Part shown: one piece after another, positions 10,315-20,337 of the stretch
Position numbering within the stretch: position 1 is the first letter of the stretch
Layout: every line of letters begins with the position of its first letter
DNA from: a virus
IMG/VR virus record: IMGVR_UViG_3300042013_000056
Span: 96,001-160,000 of that record
Length of the DNA stretch: 64,000 nt
Strand: one strand, 5' to 3'
The notes under the pieces: model-generated
What the model was told of the DNA's origin: nothing
Databases searched by the model: none
What the model saw: the letters and a program-made list of their open reading frames with translations, nothing else
Made by a program: the position numbers and the translations under genes

Positions 10315-10342
10315 AAAAGGGATTCTATCACGAATCCCCTTC
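10315..10342 (-). terminator. Intrinsic terminator after dexA
   Basis: ggggattc-tatcac-gaatcccc hairpin with an A-run giving a U-tail on -. Confidence 0.65.
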
Positions 10343-10352
10343 CAGTTAAACA

Positions 10353-10997
10353 TTACAGGTCTTCGGTCGTAATCTCGCCGGTAACCAGTCGAACCACGTT
10401 CTGCATTTCAACAACAGCTTTCGCAATGTCGTGACGCGCATCGTGGATACGGAAGCCCGGAATAGTTTTGTATTCGCGGTCATCCTTGTAGATGGTGGTC
10501 ATGGTGAAATCCAGTGTTGCCGCCGCAATGAAAGTACGGATGTCACGGGAGTTCCAGAAAGCACCCGGCAGGGTTTCCCCAACCATTTCCATCAAACTAC
10601 CAAGAATCGGGATATCGAAATCCTGACCACGGCAGAAACGAATGGTGTTCTTTTCCACGTTCTTATCAATACCTTTGGACGCAAGGTATTCTTTGATTTG
10701 TTTCGTACCTTCAGCCATGGTTACATCATTTGCAGATGGCATCAGCTCACGACGAACAACGTCGTCCTGTTTCTTCCACCATTCCAGAGTATCAGGGTCG
10801 ATCTTGCGGCCAGCTTTCTTCTGTTCGGCAATGCTGAACTTCACGTAGAAAGCATCTTTCACGTATTCTTCAAAGCTTTTGCGTTCGTTGAAGTCGAACA
10901 CCAAGAATGCAGCAGAAACAACAACTGCATCAGACTTAGTTCCAAGGGTTTCAATATCGAACCCGTAGAACTTAGTCCCTTTACGCATGGTCAGCAT
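10353..10997 (-). CDS. dexA: DexA-like 3'-5' exonuclease
   Basis: FDIETLG, RGQDFDIPIL, WNSRDIRT, HDARHDIAK. Confidence 0.85.
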   Translation of the reverse strand: MLTMRKGTKFYGFDIETLGTKSDAVVVSAAFLVFDFNERKSFEEYVKDAFYVKFSIAEQKKAGRKIDPDTLEWWKKQDDVVRRELMPSANDVTMAEGTKQIKEYLASKGIDKNVEKNTIRFCRGQDFDIPILGSLMEMVGETLPGAFWNSRDIRTFIAAATLDFTMTTIYKDDREYKTIPGFRIHDARHDIAKAVVEMQNVVRLVTGEITTEDL

Positions 10998-11560
10998 TAA
11001 GAAGCAACACCGTAAGCAGCCAAATCAGCTTCTTTGATGAACGCACCGTCGATCATACGGCCTTTACGGTCTTTGATCACGTTGTACGACTTGTCCAAGT
11101 TTTCTTCGATGGTTGTATCAAAGCGGTAGCTGATGCTTTCGATGATACGGAACGCAGTACCAATGCCTTGCTGTGCCTTGGTCAAATCTTTCTTGGAAAT
11201 ACCGGTAGCCAGTCGGCCAACAGCATTGAACAACGAATGAAGCAAACCGGATACACCCTGTGCTTTACACAGAAGACCACCACGGGCATTTGCATCTTCA
11301 AGTTGATCATCGAAAGTTGCAATACAGGTTTCGATATCAGTACCCAGTTGAGCGGCAACAATGGTCAGAACAACCACAGAGTCACCAAGACCGTCGATGA
11401 TTTCGAATTCATCACCGTCATCAATACCTTGTGTGAACTCACTGATTTCTTCAATCAGTTTGGTAAATTGAGCTTGTGGAGTTGCACCGGCAATCAGATT
11501 GCGAGCTTCGCCCCATTCACGGACCAGTTGGAAGTTTTCAGTAATTTCTTTAATGCTCAT
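10997..11560 (-). CDS. MazG-like nucleotide pyrophosphohydrolase
   Basis: WGEARNL, QFTKLIEEISE, DGLGDSVVVL, YNVIKDRKGRMIDGAFIKE. Confidence 0.8.
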   Translation of the reverse strand: MSIKEITENFQLVREWGEARNLIAGATPQAQFTKLIEEISEFTQGIDDGDEFEIIDGLGDSVVVLTIVAAQLGTDIETCIATFDDQLEDANARGGLLCKAQGVSGLLHSLFNAVGRLATGISKKDLTKAQQGIGTAFRIIESISYRFDTTIEENLDKSYNVIKDRKGRMIDGAFIKEADLAAYGVAS

Positions 11561-12612
11561 AGGGGAATCTTACACCATTTATCAAATTGAAGTTGTGCGG
11601 CTAAACCGCTCACAGTATTGCGTTCGAAATATTGTTGAATCTCTTGTGGACTGACACCGTTTTGAACGCAGAGGTTGATGTCTTTCCACTTGTATTTCCA
11701 GTTCATCCACGATACGAACTTCGCACCGCGTTTAATCAGAGTTTGATACCGGCGACATACCGATTGGTTTCTCGGTTCGTTATCGAGTACAAACACCCAG
11801 TCAAAATCAGGATCAAGTAAGTCTGGGTTGGCAGAACCACCTAAGATGGCCGCTGTGTTGTCTAGGAACATTGCATCAAACGCACCTTCAAGCAGGAACA
11901 CCGGTTTAGTGTCCTTAACCTTGTCCATGCCCCAAATCTTGAGTTCTTCTTTGACCAATACAGTCAAATACTTCTTTTCATCACAATTTGGGTCTAAGCT
12001 TCGGCCTTGAAAGCAAATCAATTCACCGGCTTTGTTATACGCCGGAATTACAATACGGGGTTCATCTTTGAAGATTTTGTCGTATGTTTGTTCAAACTGG
12101 TTTGTTAACAGTTTCCATTTATCTGTAAAGTAAATCTTATTCCACAGATGAATTGGAATCAGTCGATCAGCAATGTACTTGCGTGCAAAATGATCGGACG
12201 GTAATGATGCAATGGTTGGCAACTCATGGAGAAATGCAGGATCACCCGATTTCTTTGGAGCAACTTCATCAATATCATCAAACACCGAACTAGTTGTTGA
12301 ACTTGCTCGTTTGTTCGCCTGCCCGTATTCTTTAAACTTGTCTAAGCGGTATTCACCGGCAAGAGACTTATCCACTCGGAACAGGAAGTATGAGAGATTC
12401 GAACCACAAGTTTCGTCGTTGAAACAGTGAAACTTCGCTTCACCATCTTTATCAAACAACCAACCACGGGCTTTATTCTTATCTTTTGCAGAGTCACCAC
12501 AAATGGGACATCTGAAATTGAATCGACCGCGTTGCCGTTCCTTGAATCTCTCAAGTCTTATGGAAACGCGGTTGATATACGCTGCGTCAATCCAATCCAA
12601 AATCATCACCAA
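11557..12612 (-). CDS. gp61: DNA primase
   Basis: FRCPICGDS Zn finger, EGAFDAMF, DNEPRN, KDIN. Confidence 0.95.
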   Translation of the reverse strand: MVMILDWIDAAYINRVSIRLERFKERQRGRFNFRCPICGDSAKDKNKARGWLFDKDGEAKFHCFNDETCGSNLSYFLFRVDKSLAGEYRLDKFKEYGQANKRASSTTSSVFDDIDEVAPKKSGDPAFLHELPTIASLPSDHFARKYIADRLIPIHLWNKIYFTDKWKLLTNQFEQTYDKIFKDEPRIVIPAYNKAGELICFQGRSLDPNCDEKKYLTVLVKEELKIWGMDKVKDTKPVFLLEGAFDAMFLDNTAAILGGSANPDLLDPDFDWVFVLDNEPRNQSVCRRYQTLIKRGAKFVSWMNWKYKWKDINLCVQNGVSPQEIQQYFERNTVSGLAAQLQFDKWCKIPL

Positions 12613-12628
12613 TCAAAAACGTACTATA

Positions 12629-13042
12629 TCACAGTTTGATGTAATCATTAAACTTTGGAATGATATATTCCTCAGTCACGAAATTCATCGAGTCGATCCA
12701 TGTAGTTGTATCAAACGATTCAAGCAAAGCTTCATCGTCTGTATCCTCTTTGTAGAGGGCATACGCGGCCACCAGCTTACCGATTTTGGACTTACCACCC
12801 GGAACAGTTTCTATCAATCTCTTGAGGTTCGCTGCAAGCCGGTGAAAATACGTCCATGCGGTAGTTTCAGCCGATGTTACGGCTGGTTTTATCTGGTTAC
12901 CGGTTTTATCAATTATGCCTTTCTTGAAGGCGTCCCACTGTGTCCAATCTTGGTACAGCAAAGCAGCCATTCTGGCGGCATAAATGTTGTCTATCAGTTT
13001 AGGCATATTACCATCAGTTTTAAGTATTCGTGGGGAATCCAC
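12629..13042 (-). CDS. Conserved T4-like hypothetical protein (gp61.1-like)
   Basis: WDAFKKGIIDKTGN and YFHRLAANLKRLI recall the conserved primase-adjacent protein. Confidence 0.6.
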   Translation of the reverse strand: MDSPRILKTDGNMPKLIDNIYAARMAALLYQDWTQWDAFKKGIIDKTGNQIKPAVTSAETTAWTYFHRLAANLKRLIETVPGGKSKIGKLVAAYALYKEDTDDEALLESFDTTTWIDSMNFVTEEYIIPKFNDYIKL

Positions 13043-13061
13043 TGATTATTTACCAGAATAC

Positions 13062-13328
13062 TTACACGTCGAAGAAGGGGTTGGCTAATTCTATCAAAAC
13101 GTCACCATGACAGGCGAGTGGTTTGCAGAAGCAGACCAAATCACACCCTTGAAGTTCATGGATGTCTTTGATCAGGCCGGATGTGTACAAGTAGTCCTTG
13201 TACATTTGAATTACAACGGAACGTGGACCATCAACACCGGCCTTGAACGGGTTTCCCCATTTACCGGGCCGGCTGATGTGTACTGCGTTTTGCGGAAACG
13301 GTTTGTTCCGGTTCCAGACTTTAGGCAT
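13062..13328 (-). CDS. DUF4326 family protein
   Basis: ISRPGKWGNPF, LVCFCKPLACHGDVL; probable start MPKV at 13328. Confidence 0.85.
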   Translation of the reverse strand: MPKVWNRNKPFPQNAVHISRPGKWGNPFKAGVDGPRSVVIQMYKDYLYTSGLIKDIHELQGCDLVCFCKPLACHGDVLIELANPFFDV

Positions 13329-13704
13329 CAACTCGTTCAACGAACTCAATATCAGTTCGAGCGTAGCGGGTTGATTGACCATAGCGTCTGGATGTTTGCA
13401 CCAGCACGGTTTTCAATGTGATATCCAGAATTTCCATTTCGACCAACGAAACAGCACCCGGAAGCTTCACAAACCAAACTTCACCTTTCTGTTGTTCAAA
13501 CAGACTGACCGGACCAACAGCTTGTGGACCACCAACAGATTTCATCGGCTCAAGCTTGTAATCACCCCATTGTTCTGGCAGTGTTGTTACAACCGTGGTC
13601 AGTGTTGGCTGATTCTGTTCTTTCCAGTGCCGTGATAACATAGACCCCATTGAGTCTGGGTACGGCTCTGGTTGGAATCCAGCATCATTATCACCCAGTT
13701 TCAT
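13321..13704 (-). CDS. Hypothetical protein
   Basis: 127 aa ORF. Confidence 0.55.
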   Translation of the reverse strand: MKLGDNDAGFQPEPYPDSMGSMLSRHWKEQNQPTLTTVVTTLPEQWGDYKLEPMKSVGGPQAVGPVSLFEQQKGEVWFVKLPGAVSLVEMEILDITLKTVLVQTSRRYGQSTRYARTDIEFVERVDA

Positions 13705-14003
13705 TACACAGCCTTTGGTGTAAGCAGTGCAGTGATGTTGTCGATTGCAGCATTTGCACCGACGATTTCAGCACCAGCGGCTTCATGTTTGGCTTGCAGT
13801 GCTTTGATTTCAGCATCATGCGCAGCTTGTTGTTCCTTGTGATGGGTGACGGCGGTTTTCAGCTCATCAACAATCGAATGGAACGTACCGAGGATTTCAT
13901 TGACAGCACGAACTTTCTTACCGCCGCCGAACAGATTCGACAGAAAGCCTTGGGATTGTTCATTGGTCGATGCGCCTACAGTTGGTTCAGTACGAGTAGT
14001 CAT
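13704..14003 (-). CDS. Hypothetical coiled-coil protein
   Basis: 99 aa ORF just downstream of the promoter at 14043-14075. Confidence 0.6.
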   Translation of the reverse strand: MTTRTEPTVGASTNEQSQGFLSNLFGGGKKVRAVNEILGTFHSIVDELKTAVTHHKEQQAAHDAEIKALQAKHEAAGAEIVGANAAIDNITALLTPKAV

Positions 14004-14042
14004 TTTGTTGCCCTGTGTTGGGTTGTTCTTGAATGTGTGGCT

Positions 14043-14075
14043 ATCTTACGACAGGTTCTGTTCGAAATAAACATT
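14043..14075 (-). promoter_or_regulatory. Phage promoter AATGTTTA-N19-TAnnnT
   Basis: AATGTTTA...TAAGAT. Confidence 0.75.
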
Positions 14076-14115
14076 GGACGCAACAAAATCGCTTCTGCTG
14101 CGTCCTACGCTTAAA

Positions 14116-15534
14116 TCAGGCCCACTCTACCCCTTCACCGTTTGCGATTGCTACGGTCGTGCCTGAGCCTGTTACAGCGGCCTTAACTGTGACGGCTGGT
14201 GGCATGGTCTGATCATCCGGGAACGTGTTGTTTTCAAGCTGTGTCCAGCGTTGAAGACCTTTATCCACGGCAAGGAAGAACCTACTCCACTTGGATTTGT
14301 CACCGTAACGCGATTTCACCTGTTTGAACATCTGCTGACCCTGTTGGGCCAATGCTTCTGTTTCAACAATACCCAGAATAAAGTCAGCGGTATGGACCAA
14401 GCCAGCGGATTCCGCCGTATCGCCCATATCGATGTCGCTTTTCTCCCACGAACTACGGGTGGTTTGTGCCGCAGTCCACACACAGGTATTTGTCTCAATC
14501 GCCAGACCACGGATTTCTTCCGCAATGGCTTTGACGTAACCGTATGAGTTTTCACCACCATAACCGATACGCTGGCTCGCACAGATACCAAGGTAGTCGA
14601 TAATGATAATTTGTGGTACGAAATTCTGTTTCGTTCTGAGTTCTTGCAGCAAGGTGCGGAAATGCCCAACGTGGGCTGCACCGGTAGGGAACTGTTTGAA
14701 GAACAGATTACCCACAACCTTTTCACGCAGCTTAGCGATTTTCTTACCGAACATCGCCTTTGGAATCGCTTCAAGGTCATCCATCGTCACGTTCAGAAGG
14801 TTTGCATCAATCCGCTTACCGATTGCTTCCTCAGACATTTCCATCGAAATATAGAGGACGTTCATACCTTGGTTCAGGTAACCGGCTGCTAAGTGACACA
14901 ACCCCAACGACTTACCAGCGTTCGAGCCTGCAAGCAAGATGTTCAGGGTTTTATATTCAGCACCACCTTTCGTTACACGATTGAGAATGTCGATGTCAAA
15001 CGGAATTTTCGCCGCTTTGTCGTGGTACGAATTGTACCGGGTTTCCCAGTCGGTAATGTAGTTGTGACCAACGGATGTATCAAAGCACACGCCTAGGGCA
15101 TCCCGCATCATTTCCGGGATCGATCCCACGTCTAGAAGCTTCTTGTTTCGCTTCTCTGGTGGTAAGTCGGCGTTTGATTTGATTTCCAAGGCTTTGGACA
15201 ACGCATTGTACAGAGCTTGTTGTTTGCAGAACCCTTCCGTTTCTTCAACAATAAAAGCTGTCTGGCCGAGGTCTGGTCGTTTTGTGTCCAGTACATCGAT
15301 TTGAGCTTCAAGTGCTACGTGGGTACTATCAGTCAGGTTGTTGTCTTTTTCAAGCAGAATTTTCAGAACAGATGCATCAGGACGTTTGTTGTACTTGTCA
15401 CCAAAGAATTTGATGTAATTAAACAAACGTTCATCAGCCGAATCAATAAAGTATTCGCGTTTAAGATGTGGCAGAACCGAGCGAAAGTATTCCTCGTTGT
15501 GCATCAGGTTTAGAAAAATACTTTCTACGATCAT
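14116..15534 (-). CDS. gp41: Replicative helicase
   Basis: Walker A AGSNAGKS, SMEMSE, IIIDYLGI, AAQTTR, AESAGL. Confidence 0.95.
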   Translation of the reverse strand: MIVESIFLNLMHNEEYFRSVLPHLKREYFIDSADERLFNYIKFFGDKYNKRPDASVLKILLEKDNNLTDSTHVALEAQIDVLDTKRPDLGQTAFIVEETEGFCKQQALYNALSKALEIKSNADLPPEKRNKKLLDVGSIPEMMRDALGVCFDTSVGHNYITDWETRYNSYHDKAAKIPFDIDILNRVTKGGAEYKTLNILLAGSNAGKSLGLCHLAAGYLNQGMNVLYISMEMSEEAIGKRIDANLLNVTMDDLEAIPKAMFGKKIAKLREKVVGNLFFKQFPTGAAHVGHFRTLLQELRTKQNFVPQIIIIDYLGICASQRIGYGGENSYGYVKAIAEEIRGLAIETNTCVWTAAQTTRSSWEKSDIDMGDTAESAGLVHTADFILGIVETEALAQQGQQMFKQVKSRYGDKSKWSRFFLAVDKGLQRWTQLENNTFPDDQTMPPAVTVKAAVTGSGTTVAIANGEGVEWA

Positions 15535-15831
15535 TTACCAAAGCTCTTTGATTTTGTTTAAAAGGGTTCGCCATATCGGCAAGTTAAGGTCGGGTTCTGG
15601 TTCTGGAATTTCGTCATCATCTGGCGTCTTTTCGATGTTCTCTAACAAGAACTTGAATGCCTGAGCCAACATTTTATCGGTTACATCATCAGACCAAAGA
15701 CGTTCACCGAGAATGACCCAATCGGTTTTAAATCTACCATCTTGGGTCACTTCAAAGTTGGTCACCGCTACCTGTTGCCCGCTCAAGTCGAACAACAGGT
15801 ATTGGCTAGGGGCCGCAGTCGGCTCGATCAA
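15535..15831 (-). CDS. Hypothetical protein (gp40 position)
   Basis: Lies between uvsX and gp41, as T4 gp40 does; sequence support weak. Confidence 0.5.
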   Translation of the reverse strand: MIEPTAAPSQYLLFDLSGQQVAVTNFEVTQDGRFKTDWVILGERLWSDDVTDKMLAQAFKFLLENIEKTPDDDEIPEPEPDLNLPIWRTLLNKIKELW

Positions 15832-16913
15832 TCCTCAACACCTTTAAGGAAGGTATCAAACTCGGCTTCGTGGTTTGTATCCATTTCGGTTGCTTTCAAC
15901 ATGTACGTGTTTTCAACGTAGTCACGGAACGACTTGCGTTTCATGATTTCCATCAAGTAGTTGTTGGTCGCTTCCAGCTCTGCTCTACGGAACTTCTTAC
16001 CGTCGTACAGGATTTCGCCGGTATCCGGGTTGATCATTTGATAGAACCCTTTGGTTGGGCTAATCAACGAACCTTCTTCCAGTGCCAGTTCAAAGATGCC
16101 AGACATTGCCTGAACACCACCCTCAAACGAAACGTGAATCGGGAACTTGGACTTTTCAACCACGAATCGCGATTTCTCGATGATCAGTGTGAACTTGAAG
16201 CCGGTCAGCTCTTGGCCGTCTTTGTCCTGTGCCTTGGAAATAAACAGTACGGTGTTCGAAGACAACATACCACCCTGACCACCACCCATGATTTGTTTCG
16301 GGAACATGCCTTGTTCGTTGTATGTGTGGTTAATCACAATGCAAGGAATGTTCTTTGCTTGGAAGTGCGGGGTGATGATACGGAACATTGATTTCAGTTG
16401 CTTCGCACGGGTCATGTCCGCAGCACTGTTTTCATTCAATGCGTCATCAACTTCTTTCTTCGAAGCCAAGTTACCGATGGAATCCACCAAGAAAACAACT
16501 TTTTCGTTACGCTTGATTTGTTCAAGCAAGTTCGCGAATTCGAATTTCAGTTGTTCAATGTTGTAAATCGGAATGTGCATCAAACGGGATGGATCAATAC
16601 CGAACGACTTCAAGTATTCCGGGGTAATACCAAATTCGGAGTCAAGCAATACGCACATGGCGTCTTTGTGCTTCCGAAGATATGCAGCGACCAACAGCAA
16701 TGCGAAGTTGGTTTTAAAGTGCTTCGACTCTGCCGCGATGGACAGAATACCCGATGGAAGACCACCGTTGATTTTACCACTCAATGCCACGTTCAGGATC
16801 GGGACGGATGTTGGGGCAAAATCTTTTTCGTTAAACAGTGTCGAGTCGGACAACACCGCAACATCATCACGGGTTGTCGCTTTCAACAGTCTTTGCATCA
16901 AAGCTGGATTCAT
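15828..16913 (-). CDS. uvsX: RecA-like recombinase UvsX
   Basis: AAESKHFKTNF, DSEFG, DSIGNLAS, ADMTRAK, GGQGGM; probable start MNPAL at 16913. Confidence 0.95.
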   Translation of the reverse strand: MNPALMQRLLKATTRDDVAVLSDSTLFNEKDFAPTSVPILNVALSGKINGGLPSGILSIAAESKHFKTNFALLLVAAYLRKHKDAMCVLLDSEFGITPEYLKSFGIDPSRLMHIPIYNIEQLKFEFANLLEQIKRNEKVVFLVDSIGNLASKKEVDDALNENSAADMTRAKQLKSMFRIITPHFQAKNIPCIVINHTYNEQGMFPKQIMGGGQGGMLSSNTVLFISKAQDKDGQELTGFKFTLIIEKSRFVVEKSKFPIHVSFEGGVQAMSGIFELALEEGSLISPTKGFYQMINPDTGEILYDGKKFRRAELEATNNYLMEIMKRKSFRDYVENTYMLKATEMDTNHEAEFDTFLKGVED

Positions 16914-16929
16914 CTTTTTCTCAGTTCTC

Positions 16930-19476
16930 TTACATAAAATCGTCAAGTGAGATTTCGTCTTTGTACTTCCAACCAATTGCATCGCAAATAGTTGCCAAAG
17001 GCTTGATGAATGATTTATCAAACATCGTCTCACGGTCCATAAACCGCAGAATATTATCTGGGTCCATTTCGTCTGGAATTCGCATACCAGATTTGAACGC
17101 AAATCGCTCACAGCCGTAACTATTCGGCTCTCTCAAAAGGATACTGGCAATCTTCTCGCCTTCTTTGATCATGTCCACGCCGTCGATCTTTCGAGCCACA
17201 CGGTTGAACGCCAAAACACCTTTGATATGACCCGGACATCTGAACCCCGGCTGCATGTCACCCATGGTGTACTTGGCTAAGTTGTTCGCGGAAGACACAC
17301 CGGCAATTTCCCGGTAGTCGATCACACCATAACGCTTGTGTACGTCATCGATCAGGGTCAGAAGCTGTGCTTGTTGTCCGTCAAGGATCAAATCAATCGC
17401 CTCTTTCAGACCATCCCGCGCAAGTTGTGGTGTACTCGCTCGCTGGGTTTCAATACCCATGATCTTTGTTTCTGGTTCTTTGTAGCGGTAACCTTCCATG
17501 TCCCACACTGCCAACGCATAACGTTTCTTGGCAATGAAGAATCCAGTTGAAGAAATCGCTTCTCGTTTCATGTACATCACAGACGCGTAATGGTTCATGT
17601 ACGTTGCAAGTTCTGCATACCACTTGTTCAACATCGGTTGAATCTTTTCTTCGGCAAACCGATCCAGCATGGTTACCGTTGCATCTGTACCTTTGTTTGC
17701 ATAGAACTTATCAACAAAGTCTTCGAAACATACATAACAAGAGTCAGTATCAATTGCCACAACACGATCTTTAGGCTTGCCACCGATAGCCTTGTTCAAC
17801 ATTTCATTGAAGTGTTTAGCCGACCATTTGATAATCACTTGACCCGTGAGAGTTACAGCTTCTGCGTTTCGAATGTCGTAGTATCGGAAATACGCGTTAC
17901 CCAATGCACCATAAGCCGAGTTGATCGCGATCTTAGCCGCTTTCTGCAACAGGTCGTACTTACGAACATCATCGTCATTGCCAGCATGCTTGGCATCTTT
18001 CATCAGGTTCTTGAAAATTTTACGCTGATTAAAGACATGCTCAACTACGGTTGGGATCACACCACGGATATCTTTGCGGTATCTTGTACCGTTAGCACCG
18101 ATGGAATAAGTTTCACCATTCATGTTGACTTTGCCAGCAACGTAATCATCAACATCAGCGTTGTAAAGCTTATCAACCAGTGTCTCTGGGCTGATATTTA
18201 GCTGACGGATAATACCCGGATACAGCGATTCCAAGTCGAATGACATAATCCAGCGGAAGTATCCAACCAATGGGTCTTTTACAAACGCACCTTCAAATGG
18301 CACAGCTTGGCTATTCCGTTTCATCGGAACAACAACTTTTTGCTTCTTCAAGTGATTGAAGATGATTGAATCCCACTGTTTGATTGGTGAATATCCATCC
18401 TCGAACGTCATTCCTGCGTCATAGGTCATGTACATCATCAGATCAATCAATAGCAACTTCTCATTGATTCGTTTAACCAAATCAACGTCGTAGATGTTGT
18501 AATCCACGTATTTCTGTGGGTCGTTGATTGCCAGATCAACCAGCGAACCTTCAAAGTCCAACTTGTCGTCTTGAATCTCGACTTTCGCGATGTAGCCCAA
18601 GCGGAAGTTTGATCGAGGCTCCAATACGAACTTTTTGTACAACTCAATGTAGTCAAGTTGTGCAATACCAACCAATTTGACGAACTGTCTTTGACCGTTC
18701 TGGTTATCCTGCATGGTTTTGATATCAGTACGACCATACGGACTCAATGAGTCAGCAGCGGCTTCACCCAGAACCATCGTAATGCGTTTGTGCATGTACG
18801 GGATGTCAAAGCTGTTCGAATACCAACCAGTAACGATGTCCGGGAAGCATTCACGCCAGTCTTGAATAAATTCAACCAACATGTTCTTTTCAGTTGCGAA
18901 ATACTTGTAACGAACACGTTTCAGAAGCGATTCTTTGAGTGTCGATTCTTCTTTGGTCCACTTCCGAGTTGAATACACGGTGTAGATATCGTCAATGTTG
19001 TCGTACAGGGTAATCGCGTCAACTTCCCACTTCGCAATCTCAGGCGATGGGAATCCATCAGGTCTTGCAGTGGTTGGGTCGTTTGGGTCGGTGTAAGTCG
19101 CGGCGTGAACTTCGATGTCGAGGTTCTTGATCCGAACAAGCTTGGTGTTTGGTGTCTGCTTGCCGAACTGATCAGCAATGAACGCCAAAGTGAAGTTGTC
19201 CATACCATTTACAACACCGTTGGAAACGGCCTTGGTGTCGCGTATAAACGCCGATGCGTCATACATGTTGTCGAAGTGCATGGGCATCTGGGAAACGCCG
19301 TAGATGTCCTTGTAGCCTGTTTCTTTGCTGGTTGGGACAAATAGCGTAGGGGAATAAGTGTGTTTCTCTCTGAAAGGCTGTCCGTTTTCATCATATCCAC
19401 GAACCAGCATGTGTTGGCCTAATCGGTCAACAGCGGTGAAAAATTTCTTTGACAATGAGTTTCCTAAAGCAAGCAT
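16930..19476 (-). CDS. gp43: Family B DNA polymerase
   Basis: DIEV, FDLESLYP, KIAINSAYGALG, DTDS, KKRYAL; true start may be TTG at ~19455. Confidence 0.97.
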   Translation of the reverse strand: MLALGNSLSKKFFTAVDRLGQHMLVRGYDENGQPFREKHTYSPTLFVPTSKETGYKDIYGVSQMPMHFDNMYDASAFIRDTKAVSNGVVNGMDNFTLAFIADQFGKQTPNTKLVRIKNLDIEVHAATYTDPNDPTTARPDGFPSPEIAKWEVDAITLYDNIDDIYTVYSTRKWTKEESTLKESLLKRVRYKYFATEKNMLVEFIQDWRECFPDIVTGWYSNSFDIPYMHKRITMVLGEAAADSLSPYGRTDIKTMQDNQNGQRQFVKLVGIAQLDYIELYKKFVLEPRSNFRLGYIAKVEIQDDKLDFEGSLVDLAINDPQKYVDYNIYDVDLVKRINEKLLLIDLMMYMTYDAGMTFEDGYSPIKQWDSIIFNHLKKQKVVVPMKRNSQAVPFEGAFVKDPLVGYFRWIMSFDLESLYPGIIRQLNISPETLVDKLYNADVDDYVAGKVNMNGETYSIGANGTRYRKDIRGVIPTVVEHVFNQRKIFKNLMKDAKHAGNDDDVRKYDLLQKAAKIAINSAYGALGNAYFRYYDIRNAEAVTLTGQVIIKWSAKHFNEMLNKAIGGKPKDRVVAIDTDSCYVCFEDFVDKFYANKGTDATVTMLDRFAEEKIQPMLNKWYAELATYMNHYASVMYMKREAISSTGFFIAKKRYALAVWDMEGYRYKEPETKIMGIETQRASTPQLARDGLKEAIDLILDGQQAQLLTLIDDVHKRYGVIDYREIAGVSSANNLAKYTMGDMQPGFRCPGHIKGVLAFNRVARKIDGVDMIKEGEKIASILLREPNSYGCERFAFKSGMRIPDEMDPDNILRFMDRETMFDKSFIKPLATICDAIGWKYKDEISLDDFM

Positions 19477-19544
19477 TAAGGCGATGCAGACCTATATTGT
19501 AAATGAAAAGGGTCGTGAACTAAACATTCAACGACCCTTGTGTA

Positions 19545-19916
19545 TTACTTCTGACCGATGTTGTACTTGTAGACTTTCTGCCATCCATCGTTTGCATCTG
19601 CAAATGAAATGATTCTGAACAAATTACGTCGTTCGGAAACAGCTTGGCTGTGGTCAACGATACGGCACAGGTTCCAGTCTTCAAGAAGCTTGGCAATGTC
19701 GTTTCGTCTTTCAGTATCTTCATCAGTCATTTTTGCATCACGCCCATCAAGCTCTAACAGCTCTTTGAAATGCACGATGTATACCTTGCCACGTTTGTTT
19801 AGAATGTGGCATGACTGGTAAATGGTTTTGGTTTTGTTGTTGGCTATACCAACTCTGGTCAGTGTTTCCCGGATTTTCGGAAAACTATCTTGACTGGTTA
19901 ATTCAATCTCAATCAT
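19545..19916 (-). CDS. regA: Translational repressor RegA
   Basis: FPKIRETLTRVGIA, QSCHILNKRG, HFKELL. Confidence 0.95.
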   Translation of the reverse strand: MIEIELTSQDSFPKIRETLTRVGIANNKTKTIYQSCHILNKRGKVYIVHFKELLELDGRDAKMTDEDTERRNDIAKLLEDWNLCRIVDHSQAVSERRNLFRIISFADANDGWQKVYKYNIGQK

Positions 19917-19932
19917 CAGTGAAATACTCCTA

Positions 19933-20337
19933 TCACGGTGTATTTACTGATGGCCGCAAGCCACCAAAATTGGTCATCTTTCCGCGAAGTGCTTTCAATT
20001 GATCTTCTGTAAGTCGCTCAATCATGCCAATGGCTTTTCGTTGACTGACTTCGAAGTATTTCATCACATCTTCGAGGTATTCATGTTTCTCAAGTTTGTT
20101 CCACTTACCAAACCGTTTCATCTTACGCAACCCGTAATACAGGTAGTCGTATTGCATCTTGTTTGGCAGATGTGGGTGCATATTCAAAAAATGAACATAC
20201 GGCACGGCATCAATAAAGTTGCTTAAAGCCCGATTGATCACGAACGGTACATAAGCCCGTTCTGCTTCTGGCCCGAATGGAACGTATTTCTTATCGTTGA
20301 TTGACCCAATCAGATCGAATGGGCTTAACTTGCTCAT
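19933..20337 (-). CDS. gp62: Clamp loader small subunit
   Basis: YVPFVINRALS, QYDYLYYGL, KRFGKW; probable start MSKLSPF. Confidence 0.9.
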   Translation of the reverse strand: MSKLSPFDLIGSINDKKYVPFGPEAERAYVPFVINRALSNFIDAVPYVHFLNMHPHLPNKMQYDYLYYGLRKMKRFGKWNKLEKHEYLEDVMKYFEVSQRKAIGMIERLTEDQLKALRGKMTNFGGLRPSVNTP

